This document shows, piece by piece, positions 9,202 to 18,409 of a DNA stretch of 54,315 nucleotides. The stretch's first letter is position 1. The number at the start of each line of letters is the position of its first letter. A program made the translations under genes and the position numbers. Origin of the DNA: Eubacteriales bacterium (GTDB lineage Bacteria > Bacillota > Clostridia > Oscillospirales > CAG-272); the NCBI GenBank assembly GCA_045597265.1, contig JAZODX010000152.1, positions 1 to 54,315 of the forward strand, read 5' to 3'. The notes beneath the pieces were generated by a model. It saw nothing but the letters and a program-made list of their open reading frames with translations, did no database searches and was not told the DNA's origin.

Positions 9202-10437
9202 GTGAAACGGCTGTTCGTTTTTTTCTTTGCTCTCTTGCTTTGTGCCTGCACGGCAGACCTGCCTGAGCCGGAGCCGTTCGGCAAAATCGAGACCATGACG
9301 GCCGAGACTCCCGCTGAGCCCGTCACTCCGGTCGAGGCGCTTCCAGATGAGATTGTTCGCGTTTCCTTTGCGGCGGTGGGGGATAATCTGGTCCATCCCT
9401 GTATCTATATCGATGCGAGGAATCGCGCCGTGCAGGGGGGCAGAGCGTATAACTTCAAGCCCCCCTATGACGATATCCTTCCGCTCGTTCAGGCGGCCGA
9501 CTTTGCCTTCATTAACCAGGAAACCCCTATGGCAGGCGAGCAGTTCGGCTACTCCGGCTATCCGAACTTCAATTCTCCCCAGGATCTCGGCTACGATCTG
9601 GTGGAGCTTGGCTTTGATATCATCAATTTTGCCACCAATCATATGCTCGACAAGGGGGCGGCCGGCTATGCGGGCACGACTGCCTTTGTGAAGACACTCG
9701 ATGCCACCGTCCTCGGTGCGTATGAGAGTGCGGACGACTACAATAATATTCGCATCATCGAGAAGGACGGCTTCCGCATTGCTCTGCTCTCCTATACCCA
9801 GCATACCAATTATATCTCGCTTCCCACATCCTCCTCTCTGTACGTGCCCTATCTCAGCGATGGGCCCGTGTACGATGCCAGGGATGATCTCAGTGATGAG
9901 GAACTCACGCGGCAGGTTGAGGCGGCGAAGGAGATGGCGGATGCGATTATCGTCTCGGTGCATTGGGGAACCGATAACGGCGATTATCCCGATGCCGTTC
10001 AGAAGCATTATGCTCAGGTGATGGCCGATCTCGGGGTCAACGTGATCCTCGGCCACCATTCGCACACTCTCCAGCCTATCGTTGAGCTGACGGGCAAGGA
10101 CGGGAACCGTACCCTTTGCATCTATTCGCTCGGCAATCTCATTTCGGGTATGGCCGAGCCGAAGAATATGCTCGGCGGCGTGTTCGGCTTTGAGCTTGTT
10201 TCGACCAACGGAGAGATTACCTTTGAGAACGTCACCTTCCGCCCCACGGTGTACTGGTTCGGCCCCAGCTATTATAACGGACACCTTTATTTGCTCGAGG
10301 ACTATACCGCCGCTCTGCACGACGGGCACGGGACCTATCGGCAGTACGGCAATTATTCTACCCTTGACGATATGTATCGGATTCTCTGGCGCTCCATCGA
10401 TGACAGCTATCTGCCCGAGGTGCTGCGCCGCAGATAA
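9202..10437 (+). CDS. CapA/PGA_cap family metallophosphatase-like lipoprotein
   Basis: A GTG at 9202 lies 7 nt after AAGGAGG. The product has a lipobox LLLCAC and CapA-type motifs (AVGDNL, FINQETP, NFATNHMLDKG, VSVHWG, GHHSH). The track's ATG at 9169 has no ribosome-binding site. Confidence 0.8.
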   Translation: MKRLFVFFFALLLCACTADLPEPEPFGKIETMTAETPAEPVTPVEALPDEIVRVSFAAVGDNLVHPCIYIDARNRAVQGGRAYNFKPPYDDILPLVQAADFAFINQETPMAGEQFGYSGYPNFNSPQDLGYDLVELGFDIINFATNHMLDKGAAGYAGTTAFVKTLDATVLGAYESADDYNNIRIIEKDGFRIALLSYTQHTNYISLPTSSSLYVPYLSDGPVYDARDDLSDEELTRQVEAAKEMADAIIVSVHWGTDNGDYPDAVQKHYAQVMADLGVNVILGHHSHTLQPIVELTGKDGNRTLCIYSLGNLISGMAEPKNMLGGVFGFELVSTNGEITFENVTFRPTVYWFGPSYYNGHLYLLEDYTAALHDGHGTYRQYGNYSTLDDMYRILWRSIDDSYLPEVLRRR

Positions 10438-10554
10438 AGGCGCAATTTTTGTCCGAATTCCGACCATATTTGTCTTGCGCGGAATGGAATTTTATCCTAT
10501 ACTACAAGTGAAATCAAAATCCGTTCGCGGAGAATATAAAGTGAGGTACAGAAT

Positions 10555-11619
10555 ATGAAAAAGAACGGCGCAGTGATCGGATACGGTGGTATGGGCGGGT
10601 GGCATACCCGACATTTTGCCCAGAGTGACGTCGTGAATTTGCTTGGCATATACGATATTAACCCCGCACGTGCGGCGGCGGCCGAGGAAGCCGGCATCCA
10701 TGCCTACCCTTCGCTTGAGGCGGTGCTTGCCGATCCCGCGGTTGATTTCGTGACGATTGCCACGCCGAACGAATGGCATAAGCCGATTGCCATCGCGGCG
10801 ATGGAGGCGGGCAAGCATGTAATCTCCGAGAAGCCGGTCACCCTTTCCTCGGCCGACCTTGCCGAGATGATTGACGCATCGGTCCGCACGGGCAGACTTT
10901 TCACCACGCATCAGAACCGCCGCTGGGACGTGGACTATCGGATGATGAAGGCACTCTATGCAAGCGGAGAACTTGGTGAGGTGTTCAACATCGAGTCCCG
11001 TTATCACGGCTCACGCGGTATCCCCGGTGACTGGCGGGGCAAAAAGGAGCACGGCGGCGGAATGATCTACGACTGGGGCGTGCATCTGATTGACCAGATG
11101 CTGGGTATCGTCTATGACCGAAAGATAGAGCGTATTTACTGCCGCTGCGATCACCTGACCAACGACGAGGTGGATGACGGCTTCAAGCTTGATCTTTTCT
11201 TCGAGGGCGGCTGTGTCGGTCACATCGAGGTGGCAACCCGAAACTTTATCTCTCTCCCGCGTTTCCTCATGGCGGGCATGAACGGCACCGCTCTGATCAA
11301 CGGTTGGCGTGATAAGACCCACGTGGTGCTCTGCGAGACCTGGGAGGAGCATGACGTCAAGCCGGTGGTAACCGCGGCCGGGCTGACCAAGACGATGGCA
11401 CCGCGCGATGAGAAAACAACGGTTAGCTACGAGATCGAGCGTCCCGCATCCGACGTACACGATTTCTACCGCAACTTCGTCCGCGCCATTGACGGCACCG
11501 AGCCGCAGATCGTGACCCACGCACAGCTGATGCGGGTGATGAAGGTCATGGAGGCTGCCTTCGCATCTGACGCCGCAGGCCGTCCGATCGACTTCTGCGA
11601 TCCCGGCTGCTGCTTTTGA
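10555..11619 (+). CDS. Gfo/Idh/MocA family oxidoreductase
   Basis: N-terminal Rossmann fold (GAVIGYGGMGGWH), an EKP motif (HVISEKPV), and 354 aa overall. Confidence 0.85.
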   Translation: MKKNGAVIGYGGMGGWHTRHFAQSDVVNLLGIYDINPARAAAAEEAGIHAYPSLEAVLADPAVDFVTIATPNEWHKPIAIAAMEAGKHVISEKPVTLSSADLAEMIDASVRTGRLFTTHQNRRWDVDYRMMKALYASGELGEVFNIESRYHGSRGIPGDWRGKKEHGGGMIYDWGVHLIDQMLGIVYDRKIERIYCRCDHLTNDEVDDGFKLDLFFEGGCVGHIEVATRNFISLPRFLMAGMNGTALINGWRDKTHVVLCETWEEHDVKPVVTAAGLTKTMAPRDEKTTVSYEIERPASDVHDFYRNFVRAIDGTEPQIVTHAQLMRVMKVMEAAFASDAAGRPIDFCDPGCCF

Positions 11620-11663
11620 TGCAACTCCTCAAGTCAAGAATTTTCGAAAAGGAAAAATGAAAT

Positions 11664-13439
11664 ATGTATCAGAGAAATGAAATTCCCGCCAATCTGAAAT
11701 GGGACTTTACCCATCTCTTTGCTACGCAGGCCGACTGGGAAGCGGCGTACGCCGAATGTGAAGCGGCCGTTCCCTCCCTTGCCGCGCTTAAGGGAACGCT
11801 CGGTCAGTCTCCCGAGGCGCTTTTCGGCGCTCTTGAGGCAATCGACGCCTTTGAGGAAAAGTTCTCCCGCGTTGCCGAATACGCCTTCCTGCAGAAGGTA
11901 ATCGACGGCGGTGACACCAATGCACAGGCCATGGTTGCCCGCATTTCGATGCTCGGCGTGAAGCTGGGTACCGCGCTTTCCTTTACCGGCCCCGAGCTGA
12001 TGGCCATTCCCGAGGATACCCTTGCTTCCTTCATGGAATATCCGCCGCTCAAGAAGTACGCACACATCATCGAGGATGAAACCCGTCTGCGTGCACACGT
12101 GCTCGACGAGAAGAGCGAGACGCTGTTGGCTCAGGTCGGCAACTTCACCCGCACGCCGTCAGATACCTACAATATGTTCACCAACGTCGAAATGGAGCTG
12201 CCGAAGATCATCGGTGAGGACGGCCGTGAAGCAGAGCTTACCTCGGGCAACTTCGGCGTTTTCCGCGAATCGAAGCAGAAGGCGGTCCGCGATGCGGCCT
12301 TTGAAGCCATGTTCGGTACCTACGGCAAATTCATCAATACCTTTGCCTGTCTCTATAGCGGCAACGTCAAGAAGAACAATACCTTCGCCGCCATCCGCGG
12401 CTATTCCTCGGCCCGTGCCGCGTCGCTTGCCGGTTCGAACGTGCCTGAAGAGGTATATGATTCTCTCGTCTCTGCCGTACACGACGCCATCCCCTCGATG
12501 CGGAAATATCTGCAACTCCGCGCAAAGGTGCTCGGCTGTGAGAAGATCGACGTCTACGATCTCTACACCCCCATGGTGGCTGAGGTTGATTACCCCATGC
12601 CCTACGAGGACGGTTATGCGCTGGTGCTGAAGGCGGTTGAGCCGCTGGGCGAGGCCTACGTTGAGGTGCTCAAGCGTGCGTATAACGAAAACTGGATTGA
12701 CGTCTACGAGACGCCCGGCAAGGAATCGGGTGCTTTTTCCTCGGGCTGTTACGGGCTGCATCCCTTCGTCAAGCTCAATTACACCGACGCACTCGACGAC
12801 GCCTTCACGCTCGCGCACGAGCTGGGCCATGCCATGCACTCCTATCTCTCCTCCGAAAAGCAGGATCATGCAAACCACGGCTATCATCTCCTGGTTGCCG
12901 AGGTTGCCTCTACCTGCAACGAGGTTCTTCTGACCAAATATCTGCTCTCGGTCGAAACCGATCCGAAGCGCAGAGCCTATATCCTCAATCACTTCCTTGA
13001 GGGCTTCCGCACCACCGTTTTCCGCCAGACCCTCTTTGCCGAGTTTGAGCACCGTGCACACGAAATGGATGCCGCAGGTCAGCCCATCACGGCCGAGGCG
13101 ATGAACGCGCTTTATGCCGAGCTTGTCAAGACCTACTATCCCGATGCGGAGTTCAAGGACACGCTCAAGTACGAGTGGGCCTATATCCCGCACTTCTATC
13201 GCGCGTATTACGTCTATCAGTACGCCACCGGCTTCTCGTCGGCGGTTGCCATTGCCTCGCACATCCTTGAGACGGGGGATGCGTCGAGCTATCTGGAATT
13301 CCTCTCGGCCGGCGGCAGCGATTATCCGATCAACGAGCTGAAAATTGCCGGTGTTGATCTGACCTCGCCCGACGTCGTCAAGAACGCCATGCAGCTCTTT
13401 GATGCAAGTATTGACGAGCTGGCTGCGCTGATCGGCTGA
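11664..13439 (+). CDS. pepF: Oligoendopeptidase F (M3B family)
   Basis: 591 aa with the zinc motif HELGHAMH and a typical PepF N-terminus. Confidence 0.9.
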   Translation: MYQRNEIPANLKWDFTHLFATQADWEAAYAECEAAVPSLAALKGTLGQSPEALFGALEAIDAFEEKFSRVAEYAFLQKVIDGGDTNAQAMVARISMLGVKLGTALSFTGPELMAIPEDTLASFMEYPPLKKYAHIIEDETRLRAHVLDEKSETLLAQVGNFTRTPSDTYNMFTNVEMELPKIIGEDGREAELTSGNFGVFRESKQKAVRDAAFEAMFGTYGKFINTFACLYSGNVKKNNTFAAIRGYSSARAASLAGSNVPEEVYDSLVSAVHDAIPSMRKYLQLRAKVLGCEKIDVYDLYTPMVAEVDYPMPYEDGYALVLKAVEPLGEAYVEVLKRAYNENWIDVYETPGKESGAFSSGCYGLHPFVKLNYTDALDDAFTLAHELGHAMHSYLSSEKQDHANHGYHLLVAEVASTCNEVLLTKYLLSVETDPKRRAYILNHFLEGFRTTVFRQTLFAEFEHRAHEMDAAGQPITAEAMNALYAELVKTYYPDAEFKDTLKYEWAYIPHFYRAYYVYQYATGFSSAVAIASHILETGDASSYLEFLSAGGSDYPINELKIAGVDLTSPDVVKNAMQLFDASIDELAALIG

Positions 13440-14674
13440 TGCGGCAGATGAGGAAAACGATGCCCGAGCTGTTATCCCCCGCGGGAAATTTCGAAAAGCT
13501 GCGCGCGGCAGTGCTATACGGCGCTGATGCCGTTTACTGTGCGGGTCAGTGCTTCGGTATGCGCGCGGCGGCGGGGAACTTCACCCTCGACGAGCTGGGC
13601 GAGGCGGCCGAATATCTCCACGCGCGGGGCAAGCGAATGCATATCACGGTCAACGTGATGGCACGGGACGCCGATTATCCGCGCTTGCGGGAATACCTGA
13701 CGGCGTTGCGCGAGGTAAAGCCCGACGCGCTGATCGTGGCCGATCTCGGCGTGATGGCCGAGGTGAGACGCATCCTGCCCGACGTCGAGCTGCATGTCTC
13801 CACCCAGGCGTCGGTCGTCTCGGCGGCGGCCTGCGCGGCCTACGCGTCGCTCGGCGCGTCCCGCATTGTGCTGGCGCGGGAGCTGACGCTGGAGGAAATC
13901 CGTCGGATCCGCGCGGAGCTGGATCCCGCGATTTCGCTTGAGACCTTTATCCACGGCTCGATGTGCATCTCCTACAGCGGAAGATGCGGCCTGTCCTATG
14001 CGCTGACCGGTCGGGACGCCAACCGTGGCGCGTGCACCCAGCCTTGCCGCTGGAATTACGCCATCGTGGAGGAAAAGCGCCCCGAGGAGCCCATGCCGAT
14101 CGAGTCGGGGGAGGAGGGAACCTTTATCTTCTCCTCCAAGGATATGTGCCTTATCGAGCACGTTCCCGCACTTCTCGAGGCGGGAATTGACTCGTTCAAG
14201 ATCGAGGGACGAATGAAGAGTGCCTACTATACGGCAGTGGTGACCAACGCCTACCGTATGGCCATTGACGCTTATCTCGTCGATCCTGCGGGCTATCGCT
14301 ACGATTCCGCGTGGCTGAGGGAGCTGGAGAGCGTCTCGCACCGTGAGTACTGCACCGGCTATTTCTTCGACGATCCCGCGCAGGTTGACCACCGCTGTAC
14401 CCAGCCGGGCTATCTGCGGGAGAAGGCCTACCTTGCAACGGTGCGAGAGTATGATCCGGAGAGCGGCATTGCCACCTTCGTGCAGCACAATAAGGCATCG
14501 TGCGGCGACGCAGTTGAGCTGCTCACGCCGGGACGGGTCGGGCAGGGCTTTACTCTGACCGAGCTCTGGGATGAGGAGGGCGCGCCGATCGAGTCCGTCC
14601 CCCACCCGCTGATGGTTTTCCGCGCACGCGTGCCCTTCCCGGTGAAGCCCGGTGATATCCTGCGTGCGGGATAA
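13439..14674 (+). CDS. Peptidase U32 family protein
   Basis: U32 signatures are present (PELLSPAGN, EGRMKS). The start is either the ATG at 13439, which overlaps the pepF TGA, or the ATG at 13460 after a GAGGA site. Confidence 0.85.
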   Translation: MRQMRKTMPELLSPAGNFEKLRAAVLYGADAVYCAGQCFGMRAAAGNFTLDELGEAAEYLHARGKRMHITVNVMARDADYPRLREYLTALREVKPDALIVADLGVMAEVRRILPDVELHVSTQASVVSAAACAAYASLGASRIVLARELTLEEIRRIRAELDPAISLETFIHGSMCISYSGRCGLSYALTGRDANRGACTQPCRWNYAIVEEKRPEEPMPIESGEEGTFIFSSKDMCLIEHVPALLEAGIDSFKIEGRMKSAYYTAVVTNAYRMAIDAYLVDPAGYRYDSAWLRELESVSHREYCTGYFFDDPAQVDHRCTQPGYLREKAYLATVREYDPESGIATFVQHNKASCGDAVELLTPGRVGQGFTLTELWDEEGAPIESVPHPLMVFRARVPFPVKPGDILRAG

Positions 14675-14684
14675 GCGTAAGGAT

Positions 14685-14718
14685 AAAAAAGATACCGCAG
14701 AGCTGCGGTATCTTTTTT
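14685..14718. terminator. Bidirectional intrinsic terminator
   Basis: AAAAAA-GATACCGCAG-AGC-TGCGGTATC-TTTTTT, located between the convergent U32 and tyrA genes. Confidence 0.85.
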
Positions 14719-14909
14719 ATCTTGAAATGTGTGAATATTGCCGACCGATATTCCGGGTGAATACAAAGACAAGGCGTTGCAGACACCGAATCCGTCGCAC
14801 CGCAGGATATTTTTGCGCAAGTCCGAAGCGATTCTCCCATGGGAGGGATACACCCGATACGTTGTGCTGTCGGTCAACGGGAGAGGCGTTTTATGGAGTG
14901 AATGTACAC

Positions 14910-15776
14910 TTAATCCGCACTTTCCTTGCAGCGCTTACCCTCTTCCAGCAGGCGGCAGAGGGCTTCGGCGTCGCTCTCTGCCATGGCAGTGCGGTATTCG
15001 CCGAGCGCGGCGATGATGGTGTCAAGCTCACGCAGGAGATTATCCCGATTGGCAAGAAACAGCTCGGTCCACATGGGCGCGTTGAGATAAGCAACGCGGG
15101 TGAGGTCCTTGTAGCTGCCCGCGGAATAGCCCTTATGTACCTGTGCGGTCGGACTCTTGACGTATGCGTTCGAGACGACGTGCGCCAGCTGTGAGGTGTA
15201 GGCAATCATGGCGTCGTGACGTGCGGCCGTGCAGACGGTGATCTGACCGAAATTAAGGGGCTCGAGCAGAAGCCGTGCGCGCTCGATTGCGGCCTTAGCC
15301 TCTCTCTCGGGCATACAGTCGGGGGGAACGATAATCATGGATGCATCACGGAAAAGGCTTGCCCGTCCGGCCGCGAAGCCGGAGAAATGGCTGCCCGCCA
15401 TCGGGTGGCCGCCGAGGAAGGTGAAGCCGTGCTCTGCCGCAATGGCGTAACAGGCGTCACAGACCTCCCGCTTGACGCCGCAGGTATCGATGACCAGCGT
15501 TTCGGGGGAAAGCCGCGGTGCAATTTCCCGCAGAACTTCAATTGCGGCCGCCGGGTAGAGGGCAAGATAGAGACAGTCGAGGCGGCCGGACGTGCGAAGA
15601 TGGGCGTCAAGCAGACCGTCGGCCGCGCCGCAGTCAACGGCTTCTCTGCATACCTCGGGGGAAAGATCGCGGATGAAGACCCGATGCCCCGCCTCGCGGT
15701 ATGCCCGTGCCATTGAACCGCCGATCAGGCCGAGCCCGATGATGCCGATGGAAAAGGAATGCTTCTGTGAATGCAT
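14910..15776 (-). CDS. tyrA: Prephenate dehydrogenase
   Basis: Contains the NAD-binding motif IGIIGLGLIGGS. The ATG at 15776 follows a GAGG site. The track's GTG at 15785 is less likely. Confidence 0.85.
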   Translation of the reverse strand: MHSQKHSFSIGIIGLGLIGGSMARAYREAGHRVFIRDLSPEVCREAVDCGAADGLLDAHLRTSGRLDCLYLALYPAAAIEVLREIAPRLSPETLVIDTCGVKREVCDACYAIAAEHGFTFLGGHPMAGSHFSGFAAGRASLFRDASMIIVPPDCMPEREAKAAIERARLLLEPLNFGQITVCTAARHDAMIAYTSQLAHVVSNAYVKSPTAQVHKGYSAGSYKDLTRVAYLNAPMWTELFLANRDNLLRELDTIIAALGEYRTAMAESDAEALCRLLEEGKRCKESAD

Positions 15777-15966
15777 ATTCAACACCTCGATGGAAAAATA
15801 TCATGATAAAATACATAAAACGCAAAAACAATGTTATTTGTGCATGGATAAGTATAGCATAAAAATTCCCGTCTGTCAAGGCAAAGAAGGGAAGCGTGAG
15901 GGAGATTACGATTTTCCGTGCAGAGAAAAAACAGAAAATAATTTTCTGTTTTTTTCTGCAATCCCC

Positions 15967-15995
15967 TTGATTTTACGGAAAAATCAAGATATAAT
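15967..15995 (+). promoter_or_regulatory. Promoter of fba, with a 9-bp inverted repeat across the -35 element and spacer
   Basis: TTGATT(15967-15972)-17-TATAAT(15990-15995). The inverted repeat CTTGATTTT-ACGGA-AAAATCAAG overlaps it. Confidence 0.6.
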
Positions 15996-16042
15996 ATATA
16001 CTGTATGAATTTTGGCATAAATGAAAAGGAGTGTACAGAACA

Positions 16043-17008
16043 ATGGCATTGGTAACCACTACCGAAATGTTCAAAAAAGCATATGCCGGCGGCTACGCCA
16101 TCGGCGCATTCAACATCAACAATATGGAGATTATCCAGGCAATCACCGAGGCGGCTGCCGAGGAAAAGTCCCCGGTTATCCTGCAGGTTTCGGCCGGCGC
16201 ACGCAAGTATGCCAAGCACGCATACCTGCTCGCACTTGCACGTGCCGCAATCGAGGATTCGGGCATTGATCTCGCTCTGCACCTTGACCACGGCGCAGAT
16301 TTTGAAATCTGCAAGGCCTGCATCGACGGCGGTTTTTCTTCGGTTATGATCGATGGCTCGCATCATTCCTTTGAGGATAATATCGCACTGACCCGCCGCG
16401 TGGTGGAGTACGCACACGCGCACGGTGCCGTTGTTGAGGGTGAACTCGGCCGTTTGGCAGGCGTCGAGGACGATGTCAACGTCAGCGCTGAGGATTCTTC
16501 CTACACCCGTCCCGAGGAGGTTGAGGAATTCGTTGCCCGTACCGGCGTTGACTCGCTGGCCATTGCCATCGGTACTTCGCACGGCGCGTATAAGTTCACG
16601 CCCGATCAGTGCACGCTCAACGAAGAGGGCGTTCTCGTTCCCCCTCCGCTCCGTTTTGATATCCTTGAGGAAATCGAGAAGCGCCTGCCCGGCTTCCCGA
16701 TCGTTCTGCACGGTGCGTCCTCCGTACCTCAGGACTATGTCCGCGAGATCAATTCGATCGGCGGCAAGCTGCCGAACGCCATCGGTATTCCCGAAAGCCA
16801 GCTCCGCAAGGCGGCAAGTATGGCCGTCTGCAAGATCAATATCGACTCGGATATTCGCCTTGCCCTGACTGCAGGTATCCGCCGCGTTATGCACGACGAT
16901 CCCTCCGTATTTGACCCCCGTGGCTATCTGACCGTAGCACGTGCAGAGGTCAAGAAGACGGTCCAGCATAAGATCAGAAACGTGCTCGGCTCGTCGAATA
17001 CCCTTTAA
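16043..17008 (+). CDS. fba: Class II fructose-1,6-bisphosphate aldolase
   Basis: The N-terminus MALVTTTEMFKKAYAGGYAIGAFNINN and an HLDHG motif are present. The ATG lies 11 nt after AAAGGAG. Confidence 0.9.
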   Translation: MALVTTTEMFKKAYAGGYAIGAFNINNMEIIQAITEAAAEEKSPVILQVSAGARKYAKHAYLLALARAAIEDSGIDLALHLDHGADFEICKACIDGGFSSVMIDGSHHSFEDNIALTRRVVEYAHAHGAVVEGELGRLAGVEDDVNVSAEDSSYTRPEEVEEFVARTGVDSLAIAIGTSHGAYKFTPDQCTLNEEGVLVPPPLRFDILEEIEKRLPGFPIVLHGASSVPQDYVREINSIGGKLPNAIGIPESQLRKAASMAVCKINIDSDIRLALTAGIRRVMHDDPSVFDPRGYLTVARAEVKKTVQHKIRNVLGSSNTL

Positions 17009-17020
17009 TCACATTAGATA

Positions 17021-17053
17021 TGGGGGAGTTCCTTTGCCAAAGGAACTCCCCCA
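17021..17053 (+). terminator. Hairpin downstream of fba
   Basis: TGGGGGAGTTCCTT-TGCC-AAAGGAACTCCCCCA. The trailing T-run is weak. Confidence 0.55.
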
Positions 17054-17096
17054 TCCCAATCCGTGAAGCGCTTCACACCGGGATCAGGAGAAACAT

Positions 17097-17828
17097 ATGA
17101 TTTTTACCACACCATTTACCGTTAATTTTCACGATACCGATCTCTACGCACGGCTTCGTCCGTCGGCCGTGCTGATGTATATGCAGGAGGCGGCCAATCT
17201 GCATCTCAACACCTACGGACCGACCATGGATGAAATCCGTGACGGCGGCCACGCCTTTTTGCTCAGTCGCGTGCGGGTTTCGATCTATCGCGCGATTTCC
17301 GCCTATACGCCCATTGAGGCGCAAACCTGGGTCAGCAATGCAGATCAGGGATATTCCTTCAATCGGTTTTACCGTATTTTGGCCGACGGCGAAACGGTAG
17401 CCGAAGCAACCTCGGTCTGGGCGCTGATTTCGATGAACGACCGCAGACCTATCCGCGTGAGTGAATTTTCCTATCATTTCCCGGGTGACACTCCGTCCGC
17501 GCTTACCCTCCCTCGCCGCATCCGCTTTGCAGGCGAGCCCGAGGCGGTCGGTGAGCGGCGGATCGTTTACAGCGACTGCGACTACAACGGGCATCTCAAC
17601 AACACCCATTATCCCGACCTGCTCTGCGACTTCCTGCCCGAGGGGGAGAAGCGCCGCGTGAGCGATTTCGTTATCAATTTCCTCGGTGAGGCATCGCTCG
17701 GCGAGAACCTTACCGTTTACCGTGCCCCCGATCCCGAACGGAACGGCCGCTATCTTTTCCGCACCCGCCGAGCCGACGGCTCGACGAACATCGAGGCGGT
17801 TCTGACGCTTAGCGAAGAGAAGGCATGA
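17097..17828 (+). CDS. Acyl-ACP thioesterase
   Basis: 243 aa, two-hotdog architecture, N-terminus FTVNFHDTDLYARLRPSA. Confidence 0.8.
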   Translation: MIFTTPFTVNFHDTDLYARLRPSAVLMYMQEAANLHLNTYGPTMDEIRDGGHAFLLSRVRVSIYRAISAYTPIEAQTWVSNADQGYSFNRFYRILADGETVAEATSVWALISMNDRRPIRVSEFSYHFPGDTPSALTLPRRIRFAGEPEAVGERRIVYSDCDYNGHLNNTHYPDLLCDFLPEGEKRRVSDFVINFLGEASLGENLTVYRAPDPERNGRYLFRTRRADGSTNIEAVLTLSEEKA

Positions 17829-18403
17829 GTAAGAGGACCGTTTTGCTCGTTGGGGAGGACGTCTGCTACCTGCGGATGCTTGCTTATGCTCTGAGATGCG
17901 AGGGCTTTTGCGCAGAGGAGCGTGAGGGGGGGTCGGCCGACTGTGCCGTCGTTGATCTGGACAGCGCCGCCGTACCGGTGGGGATGCCGACCGTCGGATA
18001 TAGCCGTACGGGACGGACGTCACCCGATTGCACCGTTACGCTCGCGCGTCCCTTTGCGATTCCCGAGCTCGTTGAGGCACTGCACGATCTTGATCGGCCC
18101 TCACCCCGTACCGAGCAGCCGACGAGGGGGCTTTTGCTTGACGATAATACCCGCACTGCCGCGCTCGGTACGGTCTGCCTTTCGCTGATGCCGGCCGAAT
18201 ACGCGCTGCTTCGCCGCCTGATGCGGGCGGAGGGGGAGGCGGTCAGCCGGGCTGAGCTGATTGAAGCGCTGCCCTCGGGCAGTCAGCCCTCCTCCAATCT
18301 GGCCGAGGTTACGGTTTGCACGCTTCGCCGAAAGCTGGAGAATGCCTTCGGCATTCGCCCCATCCGCACCGTGCGCGGTGTTGGATATCGCTATGATTGC
18401 TGA
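17825..18403 (+). CDS. Atypical OmpR/PhoB-type response-regulator-like protein (short receiver domain plus winged helix)
   Basis: The C-terminal Trans_reg_C signature is present (LMPAEYALLRRLM ... IRTVRGVGYRY). The N-terminal receiver-like part is only about 90 aa. The ATG overlaps the thioesterase TGA. Confidence 0.7.
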   Translation: MSKRTVLLVGEDVCYLRMLAYALRCEGFCAEEREGGSADCAVVDLDSAAVPVGMPTVGYSRTGRTSPDCTVTLARPFAIPELVEALHDLDRPSPRTEQPTRGLLLDDNTRTAALGTVCLSLMPAEYALLRRLMRAEGEAVSRAELIEALPSGSQPSSNLAEVTVCTLRRKLENAFGIRPIRTVRGVGYRYDC

Positions 18404-18409
18404 GGGAGG

